This document shows positions 47,663-58,565 of a stretch of DNA of 64,000 nucleotides, in pieces; positions within the stretch are counted from its first letter, which is position 1; every line of letters begins with the position of its first letter. A program made the translations under genes and the position numbers. Source of the DNA: an uncultured Candidatus Saccharibacteria bacterium (GTDB taxonomy: Bacteria; Patescibacteriota; WWE3; UBA101185; UBA10185); assembly GCA_964385105.1 (NCBI GenBank), contig CAYLMU010000001.1:258252-322251 (forward strand), in the 5' to 3' direction. The notes below the pieces were generated by a model. The model did no database searches, had not been told where the DNA came from, and saw nothing but the letters and a program-made list of their open reading frames with translations.

Positions 47663-48855
47663 AAATAGTTAGAGTAATTTATGACTGGCCTCCACCATGG
47701 TATGGTCTGTCACCACATCCTTACGAGCTTACACTGGCTCAGGTAAAAGCAGGGCATGAGGTTGAAGTGTTTTGTGGCCGCTGGCCAAAAGCCGGCCCTG
47801 TGGAAACTTTTGACGGCGTAAATGTGCATGCTTATATGCGTGAGCCCTTTAAAGGATTAATTTTTTTTACTACAGCTTTGTTGGCATTTTTTGGTTTTCG
47901 TAAATGGAAGAAAAGAAACACCTATGATATTTTGCATGTACATGGGCATATGGGGATTTGGTTCTTTTTGCATAGGCATTTGTTAAAAAAATATAAAAAA
48001 AACTCACCGCAGCTTAAAATCCCGCTTGTTGCACATTTTCACAATACTATTGAGGGACGAAAACATGCACTACTGGAAAAAGGTGAAACTCCAAGCTTTA
48101 TATCAAGCAAACTGGAATGGCCATTGGCAAGATATTCAGATATGCTGGCTGTAAAAAATGCTGATGCGCTAATTTTTGCAGGAGAAGAAATAAAGGATGA
48201 AGCAATTAAATATTATGGAGCTGATGCAAATAAGTGTTACGTTGTTGAGTCGGGTGTAAATACTGATGAATTTCATTCTGTAGGGGCTGAAGAAAAAGGT
48301 AAAACGCGCAGTGAACTGGGTTTTGACCATACCGACATAGTAGTTTTAAATCACGGGTATATGGTTGAACGAAAAAACATACATTCATTGGTTGAAGCAT
48401 TTAAATACTTGCCCGAACAATACCGTTTGTTTTTGGTGGGTCCGTTTGATAGCGATGATTATAGATTTAAGATAAATACGTTAATTGAAGAAAATAAACT
48501 ACAAGAAAAAGTCACTATGACGGGGTATGTACCTTATCCCGAAACACCTATTGCTTTTCAGGCTTCTGATTTGTTTGTTTTACCGTCGTCGTTTGAAGGT
48601 GTACCTAAGGTGGTAATGCAAAGCCTTTCATGCGGTGTGCCGGCACTGGTATCAGGTTTTAGGCTAAATGAAGAAATTCAAGGTTTGAAATACCTTGATA
48701 CACAAGATCCAAAAGAAATTGCAGATCAAATAGTTAATACTTTTACCAATTATCCGGCTGTAGATGTTGCAAAAGTGCAAAGTCTTTACTCATGGAAAAC
48801 AAGAGCCAGATTAATAGATGAAATTTATGCATCTCTTAAACAAAATATATCTTAA
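47659..48855 (+). CDS. GT4-like glycosyltransferase (GT-B)
   Basis: FEGVPKVVMQSLSCGVPALVS C-terminal motif; start overlaps the previous stop. Confidence 0.68.
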   Translation: MKIVRVIYDWPPPWYGLSPHPYELTLAQVKAGHEVEVFCGRWPKAGPVETFDGVNVHAYMREPFKGLIFFTTALLAFFGFRKWKKRNTYDILHVHGHMGIWFFLHRHLLKKYKKNSPQLKIPLVAHFHNTIEGRKHALLEKGETPSFISSKLEWPLARYSDMLAVKNADALIFAGEEIKDEAIKYYGADANKCYVVESGVNTDEFHSVGAEEKGKTRSELGFDHTDIVVLNHGYMVERKNIHSLVEAFKYLPEQYRLFLVGPFDSDDYRFKINTLIEENKLQEKVTMTGYVPYPETPIAFQASDLFVLPSSFEGVPKVVMQSLSCGVPALVSGFRLNEEIQGLKYLDTQDPKEIADQIVNTFTNYPAVDVAKVQSLYSWKTRARLIDEIYASLKQNIS

Positions 48856-50401
48856 TTTAAAGCCTATTCACATTTTTGCGTTGTTTGTGTTTTTTCATTT
48901 GCTCTTGCTGAATTTCAATGCTGCTGAATGGGGTGATAGTTATAGGATTCTTCGAGCTACGGAGTTTATTAAAAACGATTTTACTTACCCTGAAGATGAA
49001 AAAAGACCACCATTATATTCGCTGGTTTTGGCATTTAGGCCTCAAAATATTGATGCAGTGCTGTGGGGGCGTCTTACAATGTTTGTTGTTAGTATTTTAG
49101 CCTTTGTGGTTTTTTATAGACTTTTGCAAAAAATTTTTCCGGACGACCTGAAAAAACAGCTACTTGGATTGCTTTTATTCACATTAAATCCCGTTTATCT
49201 ATATTGGTCTATAAGAATTATGTCGGATGTGTTTTTTTCGCTTATTATACTTACGGGTATTTATTATTACGAAAGTTATAAACACAAAATTAGGCCGAAA
49301 AACGCAGTTGTATTAGGTATTTTAGCGGGATTAGCAATTCTCACACGTTTTGAAGGTTTTATATTGTTTGGGGCTTTTGGTCTGGGATTGTTATATACAG
49401 AATCTTTCAATCTCAAAAAATTTACCCGACAAATAGCAAAAAATCTGAAAACTTTATTTTTTTACGTTATTTCAGCGTTTGCGGTACTTTTACCTTATTG
49501 GCTTTATAGAAACCCGCTTGATTCAACGTATTTTGAGGAACCTGCAAGCCGAACTTATGATTTAAATACAATTTTAATATTTCTAGGTTCGTTATTTTTT
49601 GTATTTGGATTTGTTTATGCATTTTATTTTATATTCCAAAATCGCCGGTCGGTTATTAAATTTTTATCAAGTCACATCGCAATATCTGCTTTTATTTTTG
49701 TTGAGCTTATATTAATACTTGCATGGCCTGCAGCAATTCCAAGGTTATTTGTACCTATAATACCTTTTTTAATAATTATTCTGGCTGATTCTATAATCGA
49801 ATTCTTTTTTAACAATACGCAAAATAAAATAAAAATACATGATGTAATACTGCTTGGGTTTTTATTGATAGCTTTTTTGGGAATTCAATATGTTTATAAG
49901 TTGCAATTTCTCATTTTAATCAAGCCGGTTCTGGGAGCTGTGGTAGTATTGTCAGTCTTTCAGGCTTTAGCTATATACAAAAAAAATTATAACCTCTTTT
50001 TGTTTTTGCTTATTCCCATTTTAACACTTTGGTCGTTTGCAACCATTTATATCCACAAAGATATTTTTGCCGTAATAAAAGAAGCAAATGTTTATGTGAT
50101 AAATAATCTTGAGGGAAGAGTGGGATATAATGACATAAGTAGCGTATCCGATTGGTATTTAAATCAGCGCAATAAAAACGATGACGTTGAAGGATTTTAC
50201 TATGACCTCACAAATCGTTCTAATCGAACGTATGAGAAGCTTATTGAAAACAATGTAGATTATATAACTGTCACCAATGAACACAATACAACAACAGAAC
50301 TTGACTTAGACGATTGGGAACACCTTGAAGTGATTAAAGAATTTAAAAAAGAAATTAACGGGAAAGAGTTTTGGACAAGAATTATTAAGTTTAACAAGTA
50401 G
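48818..50401 (+). CDS. GT-C-fold polytopic glycosyltransferase (ArnT/PMT_2-like)
   Basis: >10 TM; N-terminal periplasmic-loop motif GDSYRILRATEFIKN...DEKRPPLY resembling PMT_2/ArnT. Confidence 0.5.
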   Translation: MKFMHLLNKIYLNLKPIHIFALFVFFHLLLLNFNAAEWGDSYRILRATEFIKNDFTYPEDEKRPPLYSLVLAFRPQNIDAVLWGRLTMFVVSILAFVVFYRLLQKIFPDDLKKQLLGLLLFTLNPVYLYWSIRIMSDVFFSLIILTGIYYYESYKHKIRPKNAVVLGILAGLAILTRFEGFILFGAFGLGLLYTESFNLKKFTRQIAKNLKTLFFYVISAFAVLLPYWLYRNPLDSTYFEEPASRTYDLNTILIFLGSLFFVFGFVYAFYFIFQNRRSVIKFLSSHIAISAFIFVELILILAWPAAIPRLFVPIIPFLIIILADSIIEFFFNNTQNKIKIHDVILLGFLLIAFLGIQYVYKLQFLILIKPVLGAVVVLSVFQALAIYKKNYNLFLFLLIPILTLWSFATIYIHKDIFAVIKEANVYVINNLEGRVGYNDISSVSDWYLNQRNKNDDVEGFYYDLTNRSNRTYEKLIENNVDYITVTNEHNTTTELDLDDWEHLEVIKEFKKEINGKEFWTRIIKFNK

Positions 50402-50418
50402 GGTATAATTATTTAGAT

Positions 50419-51111
50419 ATGAAATTGTCCATTGTTATGCCGGTTTATAATGAAAAAGACACTTTGGTCAAAATACTTGATTTAATTCAAGATGTAAACT
50501 TAGGTGAAGTAGAAAAAGAAGTTGTTTTAGTTGATGATGCTTCAACTGACGGAACTACAGAAATATTAAAAAAGTTAAGCAACGAGAATCCGCAATATAA
50601 GGTTATTTTCAAACAAACAAACGAAGGAAAAGGTTTTGCACTTAGAGACGGGTTTAAGGTATCAACTGGTAATTATGTAATAGTTCAGGATGCAGATTTG
50701 GAATATGATCCCAATGACTATGTAAAATTGCTAAATGCGTTAAATACACAAAATGTTGATGTTGTTTATGGCTCACGTTTTTCGGGAAATTATAAGGATA
50801 TGTCGAGTTTGCACTATGTAGGTAATAAATTTCTGACTTTTGCTACAAATATATTGTATGGCGTTAAACTCACAGATATGGAAACTTGTTATAAGTTAAT
50901 TCCGGGGGATTTTATTAGAAATATGGAAATAAAAGCAGCAAGATTTAATTTTGAGCCCGAGATTACGGCAAAAATTTTAAAATCGGGAATGAATATTGGC
51001 GAGGTTTCCATAAACTATCACGGACGTTCACATGCCGAAGGTAAAAAAATTACCTGGAGAGACGGAATTTCGGCATTATGGACACTTATAAAATTTAGAT
51101 TCACAAACTAA
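50419..51111 (+). CDS. GT2 polyprenyl-phosphate sugar synthase (DPM1/GtrB-like, 230 aa)
   Basis: IVMPVYNE, LVDDASTDGT, QDADLEYDP. Confidence 0.8.
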   Translation: MKLSIVMPVYNEKDTLVKILDLIQDVNLGEVEKEVVLVDDASTDGTTEILKKLSNENPQYKVIFKQTNEGKGFALRDGFKVSTGNYVIVQDADLEYDPNDYVKLLNALNTQNVDVVYGSRFSGNYKDMSSLHYVGNKFLTFATNILYGVKLTDMETCYKLIPGDFIRNMEIKAARFNFEPEITAKILKSGMNIGEVSINYHGRSHAEGKKITWRDGISALWTLIKFRFTN

Positions 51112-53252
51112 TGAAAAATATATTCATAAAATTTAGGGAAAATTTTTTTGTTATTGCGCTTTTGTGTTTCATGTTAGGAGTGTTTGCAATCTCTGTAAGA
51201 ATAAACCTTTTTAGGTATAACAACTTTGATTATGGAAAATTTGACCTTGGTAATATGACCCAAATGGTGTGGAATACTTTACACGGAAGAGTTCTTTACA
51301 TGACTGATTATTTTGGAACAAATCTTCCTCGATGGTCAATGAGCCATGTTGACCCTATTTTACTTGTTTTTGTGCCGGTCTTTGCTTTGTTTCAGCATCC
51401 GTTGACTTTAGTTTTTTCACAAATAATACTTGTTTTGCTTTCTGCTCTAATAATTTATAAGATTGCTCTTTTGGAACTTAAGTCTAAATTTGCTGCGATG
51501 GCTTTTGGCTTGTCATTTTTGCTATATCCGGCTGTAGGATTTTTAATTGCATGGACAGGGTTTCATGGAGTAACCGCTGTTATACCGTTTTTCTTGCTGG
51601 CTTTTTACACTTTTGAAAAGATGTTTCACACAAAAAACTTTACTCGTCGTGGTGTTATTTTGTTTTGGATCTTTTTGATTCTAACTATGATGGGTAAAGA
51701 GCAGCTTCCGTTATATATTGTGATGTATGGGTTTTTTATAATTTTATTTAGGTTTGTTGAGCCTCTGCCTTTCCCGTCATGGGAAAATCTAAGTTCATGG
51801 TTTAAAGGCCTGTGGAAACACATAAATGTGAGAATTGGAACTGCCATGGTAATTGTTGGACTATTGTGGTTTTATATAGCTTTTTTTGTTGTAATTCCGG
51901 CATATTCTGATTTACGTGCACAGGGGTTTCAAAAATTTGCTGAAACCATGCGTATAGATCCCGATTCAGTAAGAGATGTAGATAGTGATAATTATTTTAT
52001 TAGTCGGTATGAGGCTTTCGGCGATACTTACACTGAGGTAATCTGGGGAATGATTACACATCCTAAAGAATTAGTGCTAATAAGTTTAGGTGGAGACAAA
52101 CCCGACAATTTAAAAAAGACTCTTGAGCCTATGATGTACACTTCTGTACTATATCCGCCGCTTTTTATAATTGCATTTCCGGACTTTTTAATTAATTATG
52201 CTACTTCTGCGGGGGGAATCGGTACTTCTGAAATTATAAATCATAGAATTTCTATGATTGTGCCTGTAGTTTTTATATCAAGTATTTATTCGATAGGGTT
52301 ATTGGCATATCTGGCATCCTCAATAACAAAACTCGACAAACGCTATTTAGTAATTGGCTTGTCGGGAGCTGTGTTGCTTGGAAATATTTATACTACCTTT
52401 CAATATAATAATCCTATTTATTTGTGGTTAACACAGGCCGTATCAAAAAGAATTCCTGTTTTGGCCAAGTCTGATACACAGATAATAAAAGAAAATATTG
52501 AAATAGGTGACAGGTTTACGCTTTCAAAACTGGAAACAAAAGATCGGGAATGTGCGGAAAAAATAGTTAGGATGATTCCTGATGATGCGTCGGTGTCAGG
52601 ACCTGATTATTTAGGTGCGCATTTATCAATGAGAGAAACTTATGCTATATTCCCAGCTTTATACAACGAAGCTGATTACGTGATTGTTGATGTTTTTTCA
52701 CAAAAAATCCTAAGAATTCTTGATGCTGATTTAACCTTAGTGCGTGACGTGGTATCTGACATTATAAAAGCTGAAGATTACGGCTTTAAACTTGGCTGCG
52801 GAAATCTTTTTGTCTTTGAAAAAACTCCAAATGCATCAAAATCAATGTTATTACCGCTTCAAGAAAGATATCAGTATGAGGAGCAGGTTAATTTGGAAAT
52901 ATTTGAAAGTCTAACAGTGGTAGATTATGAATTTCCTCAAGAAATGAAGAAAAACACTGTTTATGATGCTCAAATTGTGTATGTAAAAAAAGAAGAAAAA
53001 CGACTTGATGACTACGTATTATTTTTAACATTTATTAACAGCGAGTCGGGAGAAATTTATCAGGTGGCAAACTTACCTTCATTTGCATTAAACCAACTTC
53101 GAAATTGGCCTGAAGATATGTACTTTATTGAAAATCTGCAAATTGCGCCGCCTGAATTTTTAGCCACAGGTACTTATAAAGTTTTTATCGGTATGTCAAA
53201 CGAAATTAGAACCAGAAGTATTTATTTAGGCGATGCAGAAATTGTACAATGA
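51111..53252 (+). CDS. Large polytopic membrane protein with a ~300-aa extracytoplasmic C-terminal domain (GT-C-like architecture, possibly DUF2079-like)
   Basis: ~400-aa multi-TM N-terminus (FDLGNMTQMVWNTLHG loop) then a soluble domain; no STT3 WWDYG motif. Confidence 0.42.
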   Translation: MKNIFIKFRENFFVIALLCFMLGVFAISVRINLFRYNNFDYGKFDLGNMTQMVWNTLHGRVLYMTDYFGTNLPRWSMSHVDPILLVFVPVFALFQHPLTLVFSQIILVLLSALIIYKIALLELKSKFAAMAFGLSFLLYPAVGFLIAWTGFHGVTAVIPFFLLAFYTFEKMFHTKNFTRRGVILFWIFLILTMMGKEQLPLYIVMYGFFIILFRFVEPLPFPSWENLSSWFKGLWKHINVRIGTAMVIVGLLWFYIAFFVVIPAYSDLRAQGFQKFAETMRIDPDSVRDVDSDNYFISRYEAFGDTYTEVIWGMITHPKELVLISLGGDKPDNLKKTLEPMMYTSVLYPPLFIIAFPDFLINYATSAGGIGTSEIINHRISMIVPVVFISSIYSIGLLAYLASSITKLDKRYLVIGLSGAVLLGNIYTTFQYNNPIYLWLTQAVSKRIPVLAKSDTQIIKENIEIGDRFTLSKLETKDRECAEKIVRMIPDDASVSGPDYLGAHLSMRETYAIFPALYNEADYVIVDVFSQKILRILDADLTLVRDVVSDIIKAEDYGFKLGCGNLFVFEKTPNASKSMLLPLQERYQYEEQVNLEIFESLTVVDYEFPQEMKKNTVYDAQIVYVKKEEKRLDDYVLFLTFINSESGEIYQVANLPSFALNQLRNWPEDMYFIENLQIAPPEFLATGTYKVFIGMSNEIRTRSIYLGDAEIVQ

Positions 53253-54802
53253 AAAGTTTAACGGCCTGGCAGTTTGTAAGTTTTGTTTCAAGAGGTGTGG
53301 CAAATGTTATTGGGCTTGTTCAGACATTTATTTTTGTAAGAATTCTCACTGTTTCGGAATATGGTTTAGTACAGCTTGCTGCTGCAGTTGGCGGAGCACT
53401 AGGAATTTATCAGCATTTAGGGCTGGCTTCAGGCAGTACGCGTGAGATATCATCAGCAAAAGATGATACTGAGATTTTTAAAATTTTTTTGACGTCAGTT
53501 TTTATTCGTTATCTTGTGGCAATTCCTTTGGCTATTTGGCTATTTGTTTATGCAGACAATATTGCTGTAGATCAGTATTCACAACCATCATTAATAACCC
53601 CGCTAAAAATATATGCTCTTGTTTTACCGATTCAAGGTATGCAAGGAATTCTTAACTCAGTGATTGCAGGTACAAAGCGGTTTAAGCAGTTATTTACTTA
53701 TCAGGCAACTGTACCGTTGGTGAGCATAATTTTGTATGTGGCATTAATTTATATTTATCGGGTTGACGGCTATTTTTATGCATTTTTTATATTTAACTTA
53801 ATTTCAACCATTGTGTTGTCATATATTGCATTTCGCCCGTTAAAAGGCAAACTCATGCTACCCTCAAAAGACGATTTTAAAAGATTGTTAAAAGAATTAT
53901 TTTCAATTAGTCTGGCAATTTATGTTGTAAAAATCGTATATACATGGTGGGAAAAAGCCGGCCCTTTACTGCTTGGGTTTGAGGTAACACCTGAACTTGT
54001 AGGTATTTTTACTTTCGCTCTTTTATTTTCAAAAAAAATAATTCAGGTTTCTGATGCGGTTACCGATATTAATCTTCCGGTGTTTTCTGAAAAATATGTT
54101 CAAAATATTGATGAATTTAAAGAAATGTTTATCAGAAACTTTAATAAAGTATTTGCATTTATTATTTTTGCAGCCACCAGTGCTGTTTTCTGGTCGAGTG
54201 AAATTGTATATTTATTCGGAGGTTCTAAGTATGATGGCGCTGTTCCTCTCATATTACCTCTTGTGTTTACTTTCACTTTTTACGCGTTTACTAATATTAT
54301 TAAATCAAGCATACTAATTCCTGCAAAATTTATTAAAGAAATGATATTCAGCTTTATTATCATGTTATTTGTTACTACCGGATTTTACTCATTATTTACC
54401 GAAGCAAATATTTTGGTTAGGTTAAGTGGAATGCTTGGAATTGAGCATTTAGAAAGTTTAGCCCTGCGATTGCCCAATTTTGCTGAAATCTATTCTTTAC
54501 CTCAACTGGATTACTTATCCGGTATGACATTTGGGTTGTTAGCAGGCTCGTTCTTGGGCTTTGTTTATATGGTAGTTTCATCACAATATAAGCTAAAAAT
54601 GAAATATATCGACCATTCTCATATTTTAGTATTACTTCAAAGTTTTATTATTTCTCTAACAAAAGATATTGGCACTTTCTGGCAGAAAATCCCGTTATAC
54701 ATAGTTTTTGTAGTTTTGTACATGGTTGGGATTTATATAGCTCAATTCATAACAAAGGATGATTTATTACTGCTCAAAAACAAATTGAGGAGATTTACAT
54801 AA
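53249..54802 (+). CDS. Wzx-like MOP-superfamily polysaccharide/oligosaccharide flippase
   Basis: 517 aa, ~14 TM, polysaccharide-biosynthesis-protein pattern. Confidence 0.58.
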   Translation: MKSLTAWQFVSFVSRGVANVIGLVQTFIFVRILTVSEYGLVQLAAAVGGALGIYQHLGLASGSTREISSAKDDTEIFKIFLTSVFIRYLVAIPLAIWLFVYADNIAVDQYSQPSLITPLKIYALVLPIQGMQGILNSVIAGTKRFKQLFTYQATVPLVSIILYVALIYIYRVDGYFYAFFIFNLISTIVLSYIAFRPLKGKLMLPSKDDFKRLLKELFSISLAIYVVKIVYTWWEKAGPLLLGFEVTPELVGIFTFALLFSKKIIQVSDAVTDINLPVFSEKYVQNIDEFKEMFIRNFNKVFAFIIFAATSAVFWSSEIVYLFGGSKYDGAVPLILPLVFTFTFYAFTNIIKSSILIPAKFIKEMIFSFIIMLFVTTGFYSLFTEANILVRLSGMLGIEHLESLALRLPNFAEIYSLPQLDYLSGMTFGLLAGSFLGFVYMVVSSQYKLKMKYIDHSHILVLLQSFIISLTKDIGTFWQKIPLYIVFVVLYMVGIYIAQFITKDDLLLLKNKLRRFT

Positions 54803-55737
54803 TGAATAAAAAAGCGTTGCTAAAAGTTGTTATAAGTTCTGTTTTGCTGTTCATAACACTTAATAATGTTGACTTAGAACAATTGGTTCTAAATTTTAGG
54901 CAGTTCGAACTAATTTATATACCTTTGATTGTAGGGTTTTTATTGTTGAACTATGTTATCAGCTCGGTGAGATGGAAAAAACTTTTAATTTTTGAGAATT
55001 CACAAAAGGCTTCACTGTCGTATTTGATGAATTTATATTTTGTTGGGGCGTTTTTTAACAATTTCATGCCCACAAGCATTGGTGGGGATGTTTATAAAGT
55101 GTACAAATTAGGAAACAAAATAGGTAGCAAAGCAAATGCTTTTTCAGCCACATTTATGGAGCGATTCACAGGTATGGTGGCTTTAGTACTGATTTCATAC
55201 TTTGGTATTGTAAAAACCTGGAGTATTTGGCTATCTTTTTTACCCCAAGAAATTGCCCAAAGTAATTTATTGTTAACTATGTTTAAACTGATGATATTTT
55301 TAGGCTTTTGGGTCGGTGCCGTAGCTGCATTTGTGTTTTTGAAAATTTTGGCCAAAAAATCAAAGAAATTAAAAAAACTTTATGAATCAATAATGGTTTA
55401 TAAAAAAGAAAAAGAAGTTATGTTCTGGGCTTTTTTAACATCTTTTGTTGTACAGCTAATTTCTATTTTCACACAATTTTTTATATTTAAGGGGCTTAAC
55501 GTTGACATGAACATTTGGTATGCATTAGCAGTATTTCCTGTTATTACACTTGCAAGCTTTTTTATACCTTCTCTCAATGGAATCGGTGTTCAAGATGCAA
55601 TGTATAATCAGATTTTCACTGCTGGAGGTATAACTACAAGTACAATAGCTTTAAGCGCTTCAATTATTTATCATTTATTTAGATTATTTGTCAGTTTGAT
55701 TGGCGGATTTATTTATGCATTTAACAAAAATACTTAA
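54802..55737 (+). CDS. UPF0104 / MprF-N-terminal-like flippase-domain membrane protein
   Basis: RWKKLL...NNFMPTSIGGDVYKVYKL pattern of the LPG_synthase_TM family; 8 TM. Confidence 0.52.
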   Translation: MNKKALLKVVISSVLLFITLNNVDLEQLVLNFRQFELIYIPLIVGFLLLNYVISSVRWKKLLIFENSQKASLSYLMNLYFVGAFFNNFMPTSIGGDVYKVYKLGNKIGSKANAFSATFMERFTGMVALVLISYFGIVKTWSIWLSFLPQEIAQSNLLLTMFKLMIFLGFWVGAVAAFVFLKILAKKSKKLKKLYESIMVYKKEKEVMFWAFLTSFVVQLISIFTQFFIFKGLNVDMNIWYALAVFPVITLASFFIPSLNGIGVQDAMYNQIFTAGGITTSTIALSASIIYHLFRLFVSLIGGFIYAFNKNT

Positions 55738-57289
55738 AAATAAATATTTACCGGTAGGTCTTTTTATTTTGCTTTTTTTTACTACCCGATTACCGTCATT
55801 GGGTGTTGATGCAATAAATCCCGATGGAGTTAATTGGCACTACAGGTCACAACAATTTATAGTCGGTTTAAAATCAGGTGATTTTGAAAAAACTCATCAG
55901 CATTACCATCCCGGTGTTACGTTAATGTGGGTAGCCGGTATACCAATAGAATTAATAAAACAATTAAATCCTGAAGATGCAGTTTATACCCATCTCAACT
56001 TTATGAAATTTCACACTGCTGCTAAATTAGCACTTGTTTTGGTGCAGTTTATCGTTTCTATATTGATTATATTTGTTTTATACAAAGTTTTGTTGCTTAA
56101 AAACAGGCAATTTCCCTTGCTTATGTCAGTATTCACTGTTGGTCTGTTTTCTCTGGAGCCATTCTTTCTTGGGAACTCAAGGTTATTACACTTGGATGTT
56201 TTGTTGGCGTTACTATTGTTTTTAGGCTTGCTACTGTTTTACTTGTACATAGGCACTTACAAATATACATATGGTGTTTTTGCAGCAATTATTTTGAGTC
56301 TTGCTTTTTTGACTAAAAGTATTGCAATAGGCGCACTTTCTTTTTCATTAGCAATAGGAGGAATGTTATTTTTTAAAGAATTAGGCTTTAAAGGTACTCT
56401 CAAGTTGTTACTCCCATTTTTGGTAATTTATATTGTTACTTTATTTTTGTTCTTTCCTGCTATGTGGACGGCTCCGGTAGACACAATTTATAACATTTTT
56501 GACGAAGCTGAAAGGGTTGGAATAAGAAAAGGTCATGAACAAATCGTTTTTGGCGAGTATACACGTGATGCAGGTCCTTTATTTTATATTCTTGTGTTAT
56601 TACTTAAGACAACACCTTTTACATTAATCGGATTAGTGGCCTTTTTGGTGTTTAAGTTTAAAAGTGTTTTATTGAATATGAACGCCTCGATTGAAAAAAT
56701 AAAAATTTCGCCCGAATTGTTTCTGGGAATTTTTTACTTTGGTTATCTGCTTGTAATGATGTATCCGTCAAAAAAGCTTGATCGATACATGATTCCTCTG
56801 TATCCTTTTTTTGGGTTTATAGCAGTGTACGGTTACTATGAGCTTTATAATAAACTTAAAAGGGTTCATTTTGTCATATTAACTTTAGTTTTGAGTATGC
56901 TTTTTGTGGTATGTCCGGTATTAAAGCTACATCCTTATCCATTTACATATTCAACTCCATTAGTAGGAAGTGCTGACTCCGCACACAAAATCTTAGCACA
57001 AAAACCTTTTGGTATAGGTATACCGGCGCTAAGGGAATTTATTTTTGAAAAATACGGAGAATATCCTACGCTTGGTTTTATTGATACAAAACCTATGAGC
57101 GCTATTTACATGAATTCTCGTTTATTTGACATACGCGTGGATGGAACAAGCAATTACGATATTATTGTTTTGGCAGTTGATGAAGAAATGCCCCAAGAAA
57201 TCCTTGAATCCGAAAACAAGTTTGTTCATGACAGTTCATACTACATAAACGGATTGGAATACTGGAGAATTTATGTTAAAGAGAAGTAA
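55700..57289 (+). CDS. GT-C-fold membrane glycosyltransferase, paralog A (PMT/ArnT-like)
   Basis: Shares YHPGVTLMW, SLEPF(F/Y)LG..R..HL(D/E) and PSKKLDRY(M/L)(I/L)P blocks with the ORF at 58543-60177. Confidence 0.5.
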   Translation: MADLFMHLTKILKNKYLPVGLFILLFFTTRLPSLGVDAINPDGVNWHYRSQQFIVGLKSGDFEKTHQHYHPGVTLMWVAGIPIELIKQLNPEDAVYTHLNFMKFHTAAKLALVLVQFIVSILIIFVLYKVLLLKNRQFPLLMSVFTVGLFSLEPFFLGNSRLLHLDVLLALLLFLGLLLFYLYIGTYKYTYGVFAAIILSLAFLTKSIAIGALSFSLAIGGMLFFKELGFKGTLKLLLPFLVIYIVTLFLFFPAMWTAPVDTIYNIFDEAERVGIRKGHEQIVFGEYTRDAGPLFYILVLLLKTTPFTLIGLVAFLVFKFKSVLLNMNASIEKIKISPELFLGIFYFGYLLVMMYPSKKLDRYMIPLYPFFGFIAVYGYYELYNKLKRVHFVILTLVLSMLFVVCPVLKLHPYPFTYSTPLVGSADSAHKILAQKPFGIGIPALREFIFEKYGEYPTLGFIDTKPMSAIYMNSRLFDIRVDGTSNYDIIVLAVDEEMPQEILESENKFVHDSSYYINGLEYWRIYVKEK

Positions 57290-58565
57290 AAATATTGTTG
57301 TTGAGAATAAGCTTTTGTTTGGCATATTTGCTTTTACGCTCTTTTTAAGACTGCTTTCTATAGAACATTCATTCCCCAATATTGTGCATCCCGATGAACC
57401 TACAATTGTGAGGTCGGCACTTGGGATTAGATTTTTTCCAAATCCTAAGCATTTTGACTGGCCACATTTGTATATCTATTTAAATTACTTTGTATACATG
57501 CTTTTTGCCTGGGTACGTAATATTTTAGCAATGTTGGGGCTTAAGAGTACTTTTTCAAATATTTTTCCGCTTTTGTGGAACGATGACCTTATTTTTTATT
57601 TAATCAGCAGAATATTTTCATCATTTTTGGGAGCATTAACGGTTTTTCCGGTTTATCTGGCTGCATTAAATTTATTTAAAAATAAGAAAGTTGCCATTTT
57701 TTCGGCTTTAGTTATGGCTGTGTTACCATACCACATCTGGCATTCCCAGTACTCGTTGGCAGATGTTCCAATGACATTTTTTTTGGCTATGGCAATGTAC
57801 TTTTGCACGCATATATTTAAATCAAATAAAACTTTTTATTATATATTGGCAGGTTTATTTGTAGGTTTTGCCGCGTCTACAAAGTATAACGGTGGATTAT
57901 CGGCTTTAATTGTGCTAACAGCACATTTATTGCGCGTTTACAGCACCAAAGAAAGATTATTTAGCATTGAAAATTTAAAAAATTTGTTTTTGTCAGGTAC
58001 TTTTTCACTAATCGGATTTGTTATGGGAACTCCGTATGCTTTACTTGATTTTTCAACTTTTATACGAACAGATGGCCCAAAAGGAGCTTTGTGGCAGTTC
58101 ACAAACGTAGGTAAAGTTTCACTTGATTTACAGGTGATTAAATTTGTAAGTTTATTTTTTACCAAACTTCCGGACGATTTTGGTTTTATGCCTCTTATTG
58201 CATATCTTACGGTTGTACTTTCACTGCCCTTCAAAATAGTAAGAAATTTTATTTTTGTACATGTGGAGCCTTTATTATTGCTGATAATTCCTTCGTTGAT
58301 TTTTTTCTTTTATATTGCAGGATTTGAAAAAAGCAGATCTCATTATTATTTTATTACCTATCCTTTAGTGGCTGTTGTTGCTGGATATTTGGTACATAAA
58401 TTATTTGATTATGTTGGTACCTCATTTAATAAAAAGGTACAAATGTTAATGTTATTGCTCTTTTTCATTTTTCCGCTCATAGTAATAATACAAAATACAA
58501 TTTCCAGATTTGAAAGTTACAATATTGTAACGGAAGAAACTTATGAAACTAAAGAAGATTATTGA
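57273..58565 (+). CDS. GT-C-fold membrane glycosyltransferase (ArnT/PMT_2-like)
   Basis: HPDEPTIVRSALGI first-loop motif resembling the DE-containing loop of ArnT/PMT; >10 TM. Confidence 0.55.
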   Translation: MLKRSKNIVVENKLLFGIFAFTLFLRLLSIEHSFPNIVHPDEPTIVRSALGIRFFPNPKHFDWPHLYIYLNYFVYMLFAWVRNILAMLGLKSTFSNIFPLLWNDDLIFYLISRIFSSFLGALTVFPVYLAALNLFKNKKVAIFSALVMAVLPYHIWHSQYSLADVPMTFFLAMAMYFCTHIFKSNKTFYYILAGLFVGFAASTKYNGGLSALIVLTAHLLRVYSTKERLFSIENLKNLFLSGTFSLIGFVMGTPYALLDFSTFIRTDGPKGALWQFTNVGKVSLDLQVIKFVSLFFTKLPDDFGFMPLIAYLTVVLSLPFKIVRNFIFVHVEPLLLLIIPSLIFFFYIAGFEKSRSHYYFITYPLVAVVAGYLVHKLFDYVGTSFNKKVQMLMLLLFFIFPLIVIIQNTISRFESYNIVTEETYETKEDY

